NCBI GenBank assembly: GCA_946965045.2
Contig: OX337242.1
Location: forward strand, 1,488,001 to 1,552,000
Length of the DNA stretch: 64,000 nucleotides
Direction: 5' to 3'
Source of the DNA: Epithemia pelagica
Lineage: Eukaryota > Protista > Bacillariophyta
Shown: positions 1 through 9,900 of the stretch, piece by piece
Position numbering within the stretch: position 1 is the stretch's first letter
Layout: every line of letters begins with the position of its first letter
Position numbers and translations under genes: made by a program
Notes under the pieces: generated by a model
The model's database searches: none
The model's input: only the letters and a program-made list of their open reading frames with translations
Told to the model about the DNA's origin: nothing

Positions 1-99
1 TAGGTAAATTGAGTCTCAGGAAACTTTGTGAAATAGCCTTTCTTGGCCGTCTGCTTTGTTTCTTCCGACAACTAACAGCGGAGTAACTAGGATGCACGA

Positions 100-1705
100 T
101 CACTTAATCTCATCTGCAAGATCGGATTCGTCCACCACAATGGTTGATTCGTTGTCCACAATGGGTGATTCCATCGGTTCAAACAAAATTGTGTGATATT
201 CGTCATCGGTACTTGCGTTACCACCACTCCCATCTTGAACGGTACTTGGAGTAGTATCATTACCACCCGGTATTACAAGCCTTCGCCCAGATGGCAAAAA
301 TGGCAGGGAGTTTTGCCTTCTTGTTGCCAAGGCTTTGTTTACTTCCTCAACAATCAATTCTTTTGGATCTTCGGAACACCCGTGTATGTGTGGATCCATT
401 TGTAGGTACTCGTAACGAAGTCCTTTTCTTGGAGTCCGCCAATTGCGACTCACCAACGCCCCCACCAGGTAGAAAAAGGGCGGCATAGTCACAAACGACC
501 ACATCGATACGGCAGCGGCGCCAATCACTTGATACCCCAGCAAGCGAAACCCACCCCCTCGAAATAAGCCATTTTCAACCAAGTCCACTCCCGGCAAATC
601 TTTATCACCAAACAGTCCAACACATAATACTCCAAAGAGTCCCCCCATCCCATGGACTCCCAAGGCACCGACGGGGTCGTCTAAGCGGAAATATCTCTTG
701 ACCACAAAGTCGTTGGTAAGATTCCCCAACACCGCGGATACGGCACCAATCACTAGAGAGTCATACGTGTGTACAACTGCACATGTGGGAGAGCTGGCCA
801 CCAAGGCAGCCAAAATTCCATTTACCACGTCTCCCGGACGATAATATTTGCCACCGGTAATCCACTTGCTGTAAAACATGGCGATGATTCCCCCGCCGGA
901 CGACGCATTGATGGTGTTGACTCCAGCTCGTGCTGCAACAAGCCACTTATCATCTGTAATCCCAAAGGTGGAGCCACAGTTGAAACCAATCCATCCCCAC
1001 CAAAGCATAAACAACCCAAACAGCATACTGGTAGGAGATGATTCTTCAAAGTCCGACTCTGGTCGGGTGCCATCAAACCGTCCAACTCGGGGTCCCACAA
1101 ACAATATGGCCACCAAACCATTCATTGCACCGTGTAAATGGACTGCCGATTCACCGGCAAAATCATGAAATCCCAGCTCGGCCAACCACCCGTCGTCGGA
1201 CCATATCCAGTGCGCGCAAAAGGCGTAAATAACAACCGCATAAAAGGCAAAGGCTGAATAGACTTCGAATTTCATCCGCATGGCAATGCATCCACTCACG
1301 ATTGTCGCGGAAGTCGCTGCAAAACTTAGTTGAAACAAGTACCTCGAATACAAAACTCCAGAATCAATGGCCGAATTTGTTTGGTCCACCTCACCATCAG
1401 GGAAAAAGTCGCCCAAACCCATGAATGGATTGGATGGTGTTCCGTAGGCTATACCGTAACCCAACATATAAAACGCCAAAGCTCCGTATATAATGTCGGT
1501 CACATTTTTTAGCATGGACCGTACTGCATCCAATCTCGAGCAACCCGAACCCCGATTGCATGGTGAAAATCACAAAACTAGAAGTCAAAATCCATATTGC
1601 GTCGTCCTTCCATTGCTCATTTTCTTGGTCCGTCTTTAATAGGTCATCCAATACGGGACAGCTTTCACCCAATGCAACGCAACCATCCGTGAATTCGGCG
1701 CTCAT
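100..1705 (-). pseudogene. AMT: Ammonium transporter (Amt family) with a frameshifting deletion near 1516
   Basis: ORF 1397..1705 gives the N-terminus (WILTSSFVIFTMQSGFGLLEIGCST). ORF 100..1533 gives the rest (MLKNVTD..., HWIW, DFAG..VH, WWGWIGFNCGS, DDPVGALGVHG). The two frames meet at GTC C ATG with about 6 residues (NEVNI-like) missing, so this is a deletion rather than an intron. Confidence 0.88.
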
Positions 1706-2296
1706 ATCCGACTGTGTAGTCCGAGAAATGTGCAGAGAAACTAGAGACCCGAAACAAGGCTACGAAAAATTCAGCAAAAAGTATTGCCGCGGAGACGCGG
1801 CCAGTGCAACAGGCGGCAAATGATGAAGACTCTTTTTTCGTTCTCCACCAAAGCTTTGTCGATTGACTGGATTCTGAGAAGAGATGGAAAGCCCAAATGT
1901 TTTTGTTTTGTTTTTTGTTTTGTTCTTCTATTTTTCTTTGATTTTGGATGACAATAATCAAGTAGAGGAAAGAAGTGCGCGATGAGCGCGCTGCCCATTG
2001 CCCTTGCCCTCGTCACTCGTCACACGTTAAATTTCCCTATACAGATTAGAGCTATACTGATTATCATTTCTGGACATCGGAATGTCCCAGAACGATTTTG
2101 GTCATAGCATTAAATGCGTGGTATTCGAATTCGAAATTCACTCTCCGTCATTTCGGCACGACATACGAACCATCAAAGTGTCGCTTTTGCGTCGCTTTTA
2201 CAATATAGCATTTTAATAGCCGTTGTGTGACTGCCATCATGATCGTGAATGGGTGCCACATTTTTTTTCCATACATCATTGTTGAATGGCGAAGTA

Positions 2297-4083
2297 ATGG
2301 AATCGTCCACTTTGGTTGAGAACACCGTGGCCATGTCATCCACTGCTGCTGCTGACCCTTCCTCACTTTCTTCTACCTCCAGTGAATCCCTTAAGGGATT
2401 TCAAGATACATCCACGGATTGTGCCATTTGTTTATGTCCGTTGGTAGATGACGGCAACAATGATGAGGCAGAAGAACTCATTACCTTATCGTGCGGACAC
2501 CGATGGCATTTGAGATGCGTCAAGGAACAGCTTGAACATGCCCAGCCATCTCCATCCAAACGATTACTTTTCACAGGATGTCAGTGCGCCAAATGTGGAT
2601 TATTTTGTGACCATCCCAAGTTGCAGCACTTGACACGAAAAACGGACTCTCTTCGAAACATGTCGATAAGTTGGTCATGGAGCAACTTCAAATTGATGCA
2701 CCAGATGTGTGGAAAAAGCATCAACAGGTTCTGGGGAGAGCAGATGAGAAGAAGGTCAAGAAAAGCTTGGAAGCCTTGATGGACGAAGGAAGGCGAACCT
2801 ATGCCTTCTTTCTCTGTTCTGCCTGTAGGCAACCATACTTTGGAGGCACGGTAGAGTGTGCTGAGTAAGAGCTTGTACTACCTGATGGTAGTAGCGAAGA
2901 TGCAGAATCTTCAAAATCTCGCTTGTGCGTGGCATGCGCCGCTCCTCATCAACCAGTTTGTCGACAACCGCTCCTTCATCGGGGACAGTTAATTTGGAAG
3001 TGTCGCTACTGTTGCCAACCCAGCCAGTTTGTATGCCTGGGTAATGTTCATTTCTGCACCAGCTGTCACGATCGATACACGGAAAAAGTACGACAAGCGC
3101 AAGAACATAACCGAGCCAACGGCAGACGACAACGAGTCACAGTTTCACTGGAACCAATCCCATGTCCTGGGGGAGATGCTTGTCCGTTTCCCAAGCCTTC
3201 CTCGTCCAATCGCCATAAAAATGGACCAACATTGGACTGCGAGCAAGTGTACGAATGCGCATGCTGTTCTACTGCAGACGAAGCTTTGTTATTGGAACAA
3301 GCAAAAGCGAAAAGTCACAATTTACTGGTCAATCCCCATGGCACCATGGGGGCACGTGGATGGACCCAACACAACCGACTCGTTTCGTGGCAAGTGGAAA
3401 GGTGCGAAATGCCACTTGTGCTCCAGGATGCTGCTGATAATGACAACTCTGAGACGGTCACTACCAACTTTGTCAGAAGTTTTCATTGGTGTGTCATGAG
3501 TCAGCGAGTCATGTTACATGAGGTGGTGCGAGATCCTTCGGTAGTGTGTTTTGAAGTTGCCGCCTACTTTATGGCGCGAACCGATTGTCCGTCGTTGTTC
3601 AAGATGGAAGTGGTAATTCTTGGCCCTCGCCGTGACCAAGACCGTCGTGGTAGAGGAACTGCGACGGGACAGCAGCAAGCTGTATTACATCGCCAATCTA
3701 CATCTCTTTTGAATGCCCCTGTCGATTCATGGGAACGTGTCTCTCTCATGATCAAGCCTCCCGTTCTCGAAGGGGCATACGAGTTGGTCATGATCCTTCA
3801 AGGCAAGGACACGCGGTTTTGGCAAGGCCAGTACGGGTCCAAAGTGACGGGTTGTTCTGTGAGAATCGTGGCCGATACAAAAGCAGAATTGAATGACCTT
3901 CTTCTTCCACCCTCCGAGAATGGCGGGAATCCTGTCAATTCCCAGATGCAAGGACGGGCGCTATGGGAACGAGATCTATTGCATGAGAGAGAACGGCAGA
4001 TCTATTCGACGTTCAGTATCTCGTGGGCAGGGGTGATGGTTGGCATCTGTGCATTATTCCTGGTATGGGCACTCATCTTCTAG
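2297..4083 (+). pseudogene. RING-H2 + MYCBP2/PHR-type tandem-cysteine (RCR) E3 module + F-box-associated (FBA) lectin-like domain + C-terminal TM anchor; 1-nt frameshift near 2658 and in-frame TAA at 2866-2868
   Basis: Joining ORFs 2249..2779, 2671..2868 and 2923..4083 gives CAIC..LSCGHRWHLRC..CAKC, YAFFLCSACRQPYFGGTVEC, LCVAC, WKCRYCC..FVCLGNVHFCTSCHD, HNLLVNPHG..W...FVRSFHWCVMSQ...GKDTRFWQGQYGSKVTGCSV and a hydrophobic tail (ISWAGVMVGICALFLVWALIF). Confidence 0.85.
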
Positions 4084-4803
4084 CCCCTTTCCACATTCGA
4101 ACTTCCCTGCCCATTGAACTCGCTAGCTATAAGTCTGAATCGCTTGGTTTCCATGCCTATGAATTACGAATAGAGTTAGCGGGGTATAAGGCATAACTCC
4201 CCCCGACTTTGGGGGGGGCCCAGGCAGGCGAAGGGGGAAAGGGAAGGGGAAAGGAAGGACTTGCCATAGGATGAGGGATTCCACTTCCTAACGGGAAACC
4301 GATATAACCGTCGCCACTTTTTAGTCTTGGTATATCTTGAGTACACTAATTTCTATAGTGATCATTTTTCGTGGAGGGAGTTAAATGAGGAATGACAAAC
4401 CCCCCGCGGCTGGGGTACTGGGCATAATTCGAACTTTCTAACTACCCAATCAAATCTTGCCATAAAAAAATGAGCGACAGAAACAGACAGATCCTCAGTA
4501 CCAAGCTTTCTACACAGGAATCACGTATGTATCTGGCTACGTGAAATTTGTACCGGAAAATCGCTTGATTCTCAGTATAACACAAACAGTAGTACCAAAG
4601 ACCGTGGACATCTCACCATCCACATTTCATTTCTCATAATTTGGTAACCAAAACCAGTGATTACACCGAAGACACAACACCATCATCACTCCATCCGTTC
4701 CCACCACCATAGCGTTCCCACCACCATAGCATTGCCATTGCGTTGTCATACCGTTGTCATCACCAACAACAACAACAAGCCGAAAGCCACAGCGGCACAG
4801 AAA

Positions 4804-4873
4804 GTAAGTGTTTCCCTCGCCGATGGATGTGATGACAACAGTAACTAACCTTTGCTTTCTTCCATGTTTACAG
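4804..4873 (+). other. Probable spliceosomal intron in the leader upstream of ORF 5098
   Basis: GTAAGT donor at 4804, CTAAC branch at 4845-4849, pyrimidine tract, TTTACAG acceptor ending at 4873 (70 bp). Confidence 0.65.
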
Positions 4874-4887
4874 GAAAAGTGGAGTGC

Positions 4888-5080
4888 AGTAAGGCCGTTC
4901 CCAAAACGGACCCGAAACCAAATCGAAAAGTAAGGCCGTTCCCAAAACGGACCCGAAACCAAATCGAAAAGTAAGGCCGTTCCCAAAACGGACCCGAAAC
5001 CAAATCGAACAGTAAGGCCGTTCCCAAAACGGACCCGAATTCATTTTTTCAGTAAGGCCGTTTTAACGGACCCGAAACCA
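4888..5080 (+). repeat. 41-bp tandem repeat, 3 near-perfect + 2 degenerate units
   Basis: AGTAAGGCCGTTCCCAAAACGGACCCGAAACCAAATCGAAA at 4888, 4929 and 4970, with variants at 5011 and 5051. No spacers. Confidence 0.95.
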
Positions 5081-5097
5081 AAGTCCGGCCATTAACC

Positions 5098-6525
5098 ATG
5101 GCCCGGGACCGTCGACCCAAGGCGCCTCCAAAGGCGGCCTCAACAACATCCACGGCAGCAACCGCTGCTGTGAAATCTGAATCTCGTCCCAAAAAACGGG
5201 AACAAGAGGACGATGACAACTTTTCGATCTCGACTCCTATCCCAAAAAAGAAATCCAGGACAAAAGCGCCTGTGGATTCGGAGGAGGAAGAGGAGATCGA
5301 ATTCGATGATGAAAACTCAGTCGTACCAATCGACAAACCTCCCAAAAAGAAGGGGGACTCCTCAAAAACGGCCGCCTTGAAAAAGGATGAGTCGGATGAA
5401 GAGGAAGACGACGACGAAGTCGAAGATGACTGTCCTATATTCGAGGACAAGACTCTCGCTTTGTCCAACTACCTCCCCCGCCATCGGACCAAAGTCAATA
5501 ATTTTATGAACGAAAACGTTACGGCTTCCGCGGCGATCGCATTGGCAAATGCCATTGACGAGAATGTATGGTTCCCGCTGGGTCAAACGACTCCTGGCGC
5601 GGATCTATACGGGTTCAGCCTGATTGCTCAGGCCAACAAGGTGCCGTTGAAAGAAGACGAGACGCTAGCAATGGCTATGAACAACCGCATTACGTCGTTG
5701 ATCAAGCCTTTGTACAATTTTCAGAAAATCGAAGAAGCCAAGTTTAACTTGAGCGATTACAGCATCCCCACTCCAGTGGTGGTTGTCTTCCCGAGCAAAG
5801 GCGATGCCAAATACAAAGGCTTTGCTGTTTGTGGATCATGGATCTACGTTGCCAAAGAGAAGTACACGATGGAAGCAACTCAGCAGAACTTTTTGAATCT
5901 GGGTTACATGGAAATCGTGAACGAGAAAGGCGATCGTGTTCGTCACAAACACAGCCGATCCAAATTGGAAGAGACGACAAGGCGCCTCGAACAGGCTGTC
6001 ACGAGTCTAGAGAACAGTGTCTTGGACATCAACACTGCCCATTTGGAATCGAGCATCAAAACGGAAGACACCACTCGGCGCCTCGAAGAGGCTGTCGCTG
6101 GATTGGTGTCGAGTACGAGCTCGATCTTAGAGAAGCTTGAACAAGGGACAAACAAGCCCTCCGGTTCATCTGAAGCTACTCTTGCCGAGTCTCCCGACTC
6201 TAAGGGAAAGGTTGGACCTCCTCCGGAAGCAGAAGGACCGGAACAGACCGACGAGGATATGATTCCTACCATTCCTTCTCCAGCACCGGAAGCGGAAGCG
6301 AAACCGACCCCTCCCAAACCCACGGTTATCAACATCAGCCGAGGTGAAGTTGTTCTACAGAAGGGACAAATGCTCCGTGTCCGAAAGGGCATCAGGCATT
6401 TTGCCATTGTCCCCAACAAGGACTATGTCACAAAACTCCTACAAAAAGAAGAACAACGACGCAGGGAAATGGCAAACGCCGCCCTCAACCCGAATTCACA
6501 CCATGTCCATGCGTCTCGCCGTTGA
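5098..6525 (+). CDS. Unknown 475-aa protein (Lys/acidic N-terminus, two TTRRLE.AV coiled-coil repeats); probable transposon accessory gene
   Basis: Long ATG-initiated ORF convergent with the transposase-like ORF; no recognisable domain. Confidence 0.65.
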   Translation: MARDRRPKAPPKAASTTSTAATAAVKSESRPKKREQEDDDNFSISTPIPKKKSRTKAPVDSEEEEEIEFDDENSVVPIDKPPKKKGDSSKTAALKKDESDEEEDDDEVEDDCPIFEDKTLALSNYLPRHRTKVNNFMNENVTASAAIALANAIDENVWFPLGQTTPGADLYGFSLIAQANKVPLKEDETLAMAMNNRITSLIKPLYNFQKIEEAKFNLSDYSIPTPVVVVFPSKGDAKYKGFAVCGSWIYVAKEKYTMEATQQNFLNLGYMEIVNEKGDRVRHKHSRSKLEETTRRLEQAVTSLENSVLDINTAHLESSIKTEDTTRRLEEAVAGLVSSTSSILEKLEQGTNKPSGSSEATLAESPDSKGKVGPPPEAEGPEQTDEDMIPTIPSPAPEAEAKPTPPKPTVINISRGEVVLQKGQMLRVRKGIRHFAIVPNKDYVTKLLQKEEQRRREMANAALNPNSHHVHASRR

Positions 6526-6726
6526 AGAACGACGAAAAACCCTATCCTACTCCAATTTGTTATTGGAGTGGTATTTGTCATGCCACTCTACAAATGGGGA
6601 AGAAGATACGAGCACCATGTCCATGCGTCTCGCCGTTGAAGAACGACGAAAAACCCTATCCTACTCCAATTTGTTATTGGAGTGGTATTTGTCATGCCAC
6701 TCTACAAATGGGGAAGAAGATACGAG
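6499..6726 (+). repeat. Perfect 114-bp tandem duplication spanning the stop of ORF 5098
   Basis: CACCATGTCC...GAAGATACGAG at 6499-6612 and 6613-6726. Confidence 0.95.
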
Positions 6727-6888
6727 TGGGGTAAACCTACTACTTGGAATTACTCTGTAAATCCTCAATACTAATATTGCTGTTTCAACACAGTCGATAT
6801 CTCTGATAGGACTTGAAATTTTTCATGTGCTTATTATATTACTGACGATGGAAACTAAAGAAGACTCTGACGAAGTGTTGATTTAGAG

Positions 6889-6982
6889 GGGCCATGTAAT
6901 CACATGGACTCCGATGAAGAAGGCAGGGCCACGTTCTCTCGTGGACTCTGAACGAAGAAGGGCCATGTACTTACATGGACTC
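6889..6982. repeat. Three 23-bp units GGG-CCAYG-N6-CRTGG-ACTC (interrupted palindromes)
   Basis: Units at 6889, 6926 and 6960. Unit 2 changes both arms together (CCACG/CGTGG versus CCATG/CATGG). Confidence 0.85.
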
Positions 6983-9900
6983 TTCCGAACTTTGGGTCCC
7001 ATTGTTAATTCTGCGATTGGGACAACCAAGAAGATGAGGTGGGCGTCCGTTCCGATTAGGGCGTCTCACCCATTCTAAAAAAGCTTGACAGCAAATCTGT
7101 TGTTGTGCCTTGGGGCGTTTGGTACGAGCGATGTCTCTCCACGACCACGACGACGCAGATGCCTGTGAGCAAATCTCAATGGGACTCTCCCGAGTGCCCG
7201 ACATTTCAATTGCTTTCCTGACACCCTCAGGAGGAGTATATTTTACCTTATAAGGATTGGTGATCTTGACCGATGAGGGAATACCCGAAGCATCGGAGAC
7301 ACGATGCTTGGAGGCCACAGACTTTTTCGCAGGCGTCTGTTTGAATGCTTGAGAAAAAATCGACGGTGCACTCAGGACATCGATACAAACGGGCTCTTCG
7401 AAAGGATTGCCAATAGTATCCTGTGTTTTGGGTTCTTGTTGGGTTGGCACGATGGTTGCAATCTCTGCCGAAGTGTCCAATTCAATGCGATTGGTGCTGA
7501 TCGTGTCCACCTCGACACCATCACATTCCATAGAAGGTGGAAGCGAGCACGATAGCTGCGAAGGCGAGGCCGTTGGAGGAACGGACGCCCTACCCGATCG
7601 TAACTCGTGTGGCAACGGCGTTGGATTATGCCCACACGCCCGACAATAACAACGATCAGACAAAGGACTTGTCTCCACTTCGGCTTCTCTCTGGAGTTGC
7701 TCCGACAAGTACTGGGCGAAGAAACGCTCACCGTTGTCTTCGGGGAGAGGACGAGCATAGTCGAAGGGTGACACCGGATAACCAATGGATTCAGCCAATC
7801 CATTGGCGAAAGTCAAGTCACTATGATTGAAAAACTCGGGATGGTTCTTCCATCCTGAAGGAACATTGGGGCGAGAAACACTCGACTCCTCCGCCATACG
7901 GATCTTGTGACGAATCTTGGTGTTGTAACGGGCAGTGCCCACCAGATTCAATGTATCACACAGATCCGCCCTCATTCCGCAATTAGCGAAGTGGGCCAAC
8001 TGGTCGTGGTACTGCTCGACCTTGGACTCACATCGTAGCGAGATATATTCGTTGCACTCGTGTTTTGTGGAAGGTGTTGGTTTGATTACACGATAAGTTT
8101 CGTGTAAAGGCATGGCATCCTGGATGTGGACTGCGTTCTTCATCTGTTCGGTCACGGTGGTCTTCGTGTCGACAGTGAACAGCTTCTTACCAGTACTTGG
8201 ATCAGTATCGCCCTTATACTGGTCCATCCACCTCTGCAAGTTATGAGCGATCACATCCGGAGGATGTATCTGCTTCATAAGGAACTTGGAGTACTTGCGG
8301 CGGAACTCCGGTCCCGACTGCATCTCCAATATTTCAGCAGGGGAAAGAGGACCAGACCGTCCAATTTGACCCGCCTTCAATGCCTTGAGCAAGGCATTGT
8401 ATGAGTCCGGCTCGAAACCATACACGCATTCCAAGAGCTCATTAAGAGCCTTGTGGTAATGGCGATGTCCCTGGCGCATTGTTTTGATGATGCGCTGTTG
8501 GAAATGGTAGAGTCCAAGACGACCCTCCAAGGTATCTCCAAAGAGGAGTTTCCAGAACTCACACTTCTTTGGCCATGTATCGCTATACATGGAAACGGGG
8601 TTGAAACCCTTTCGACGGGCTAAACATTCAGCGGCATGAGCAAAAGACTTTGTCTTTGTGTCCTCGACACAAACGGCTGAGGCAATCTCTCCAGTCTCTG
8701 TCGCCGAATCCCAAACGGCCTTGATTCCAAGGGATTTTTTATAATTCTTGGCGACCTCCATAGTATGATCCTGGGCGAACATACTGGAGGTCGTGACGGA
8801 TTGTATCTCCCTGATACAACGATCTTTGTCCGAAACGCCATAGTTGTTGGCCGTGGAAGTCGAAGCACGGTCAAATAAATCACGGAGCGAATCTCCTGAT
8901 GGTGGGAAGGTGGGGAGATATTCGCCCGCTAACTCCGGATACAAAGGGACGCCCAAAGGGGCGTCACTTACACCAATGAGACTCTTCCATTCCGACAGAT
9001 ATTCTGTGAATCGCCGGAGATGAGTGTTGGTGATGCCAGCATAAATGGAGCGCGACAATTTGTCGGCGTTACCATATGTCAGCATGTTCTCTTCGAGTAC
9101 ATGACTGCATGCCCGGTCAAGATGGAACATCATGCCATTGTCGGCGAACTTCGGTTCGACCGGATAAGCCGACCGAACATGAATCGGAAGGGTCATGAGA
9201 ACTTTGGCAGAGTTCCCATCATATCGCATTGGGCATTTTGAACATTTGTACGACATAACAATGGCCCAGTCGGGGGGACCATTGACGTTAAAAATGGGAA
9301 ACAACTTCTTATTCTTTGAGAAGTTGCTGCGGTCTCGGCGCAATGTCCCATTATCGCAATCTGGACAGGGGATGACAATGCCAGGGAATTGGTCTTCCCA
9401 GCAAACATTGTAAATCCTCTGACCCTCAATCGAATGATAATGAGGGTCAATTGGCTGTCCATAACGGACGACCGGAATCTGGAATTCCAGTGTCTGTGGT
9501 GTGAACCAATTCTGTTCCTTGTGGTTCAATAAATGGCGGGTAACTGCCATTATTGGTAGGGGAACCCCATTCTTCTTCTCGGTTGAGGAAGAGACAAAGT
9601 CCGGGTCGGCCATTGCATCTCGCACTGCGTCGTGAAGATTTGTATGGTTGGTTCTCTGAGGAGCCACCATTTGCTGGGCGTACTCACGTACGCTCGGTTC
9701 TGCGGTCGATATGTTAAAAAAAGTCCCCGTGAAGGGCTTTTCGTTCGTAGCGGCAAGTTTCTTGTCGTTCTCTTCGGATTTCACGGTGGTTTTGTTCTTA
9801 TGCCCCTTCGTCTTTCGATTGTGGGGGCAAAGAACATGGTGTCCTCGATGCGGCTGTTTTAGCCCATTGAGTTTGGTGTAGCACATGATGCAGTCCCTCG

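Noticed and set aside
4891-4902. TAA+GGCCGTTCC in the 41-bp unit matches the first 9 nt of the Harbinger MITE TIR
   Set aside because: A 9-nt match is expected by chance in a window this size, and no opposing end was found.
4888-5080. CRISPR-like array
   Set aside because: Units are contiguous with no unique spacers, there are no cas genes, and the context is eukaryotic.
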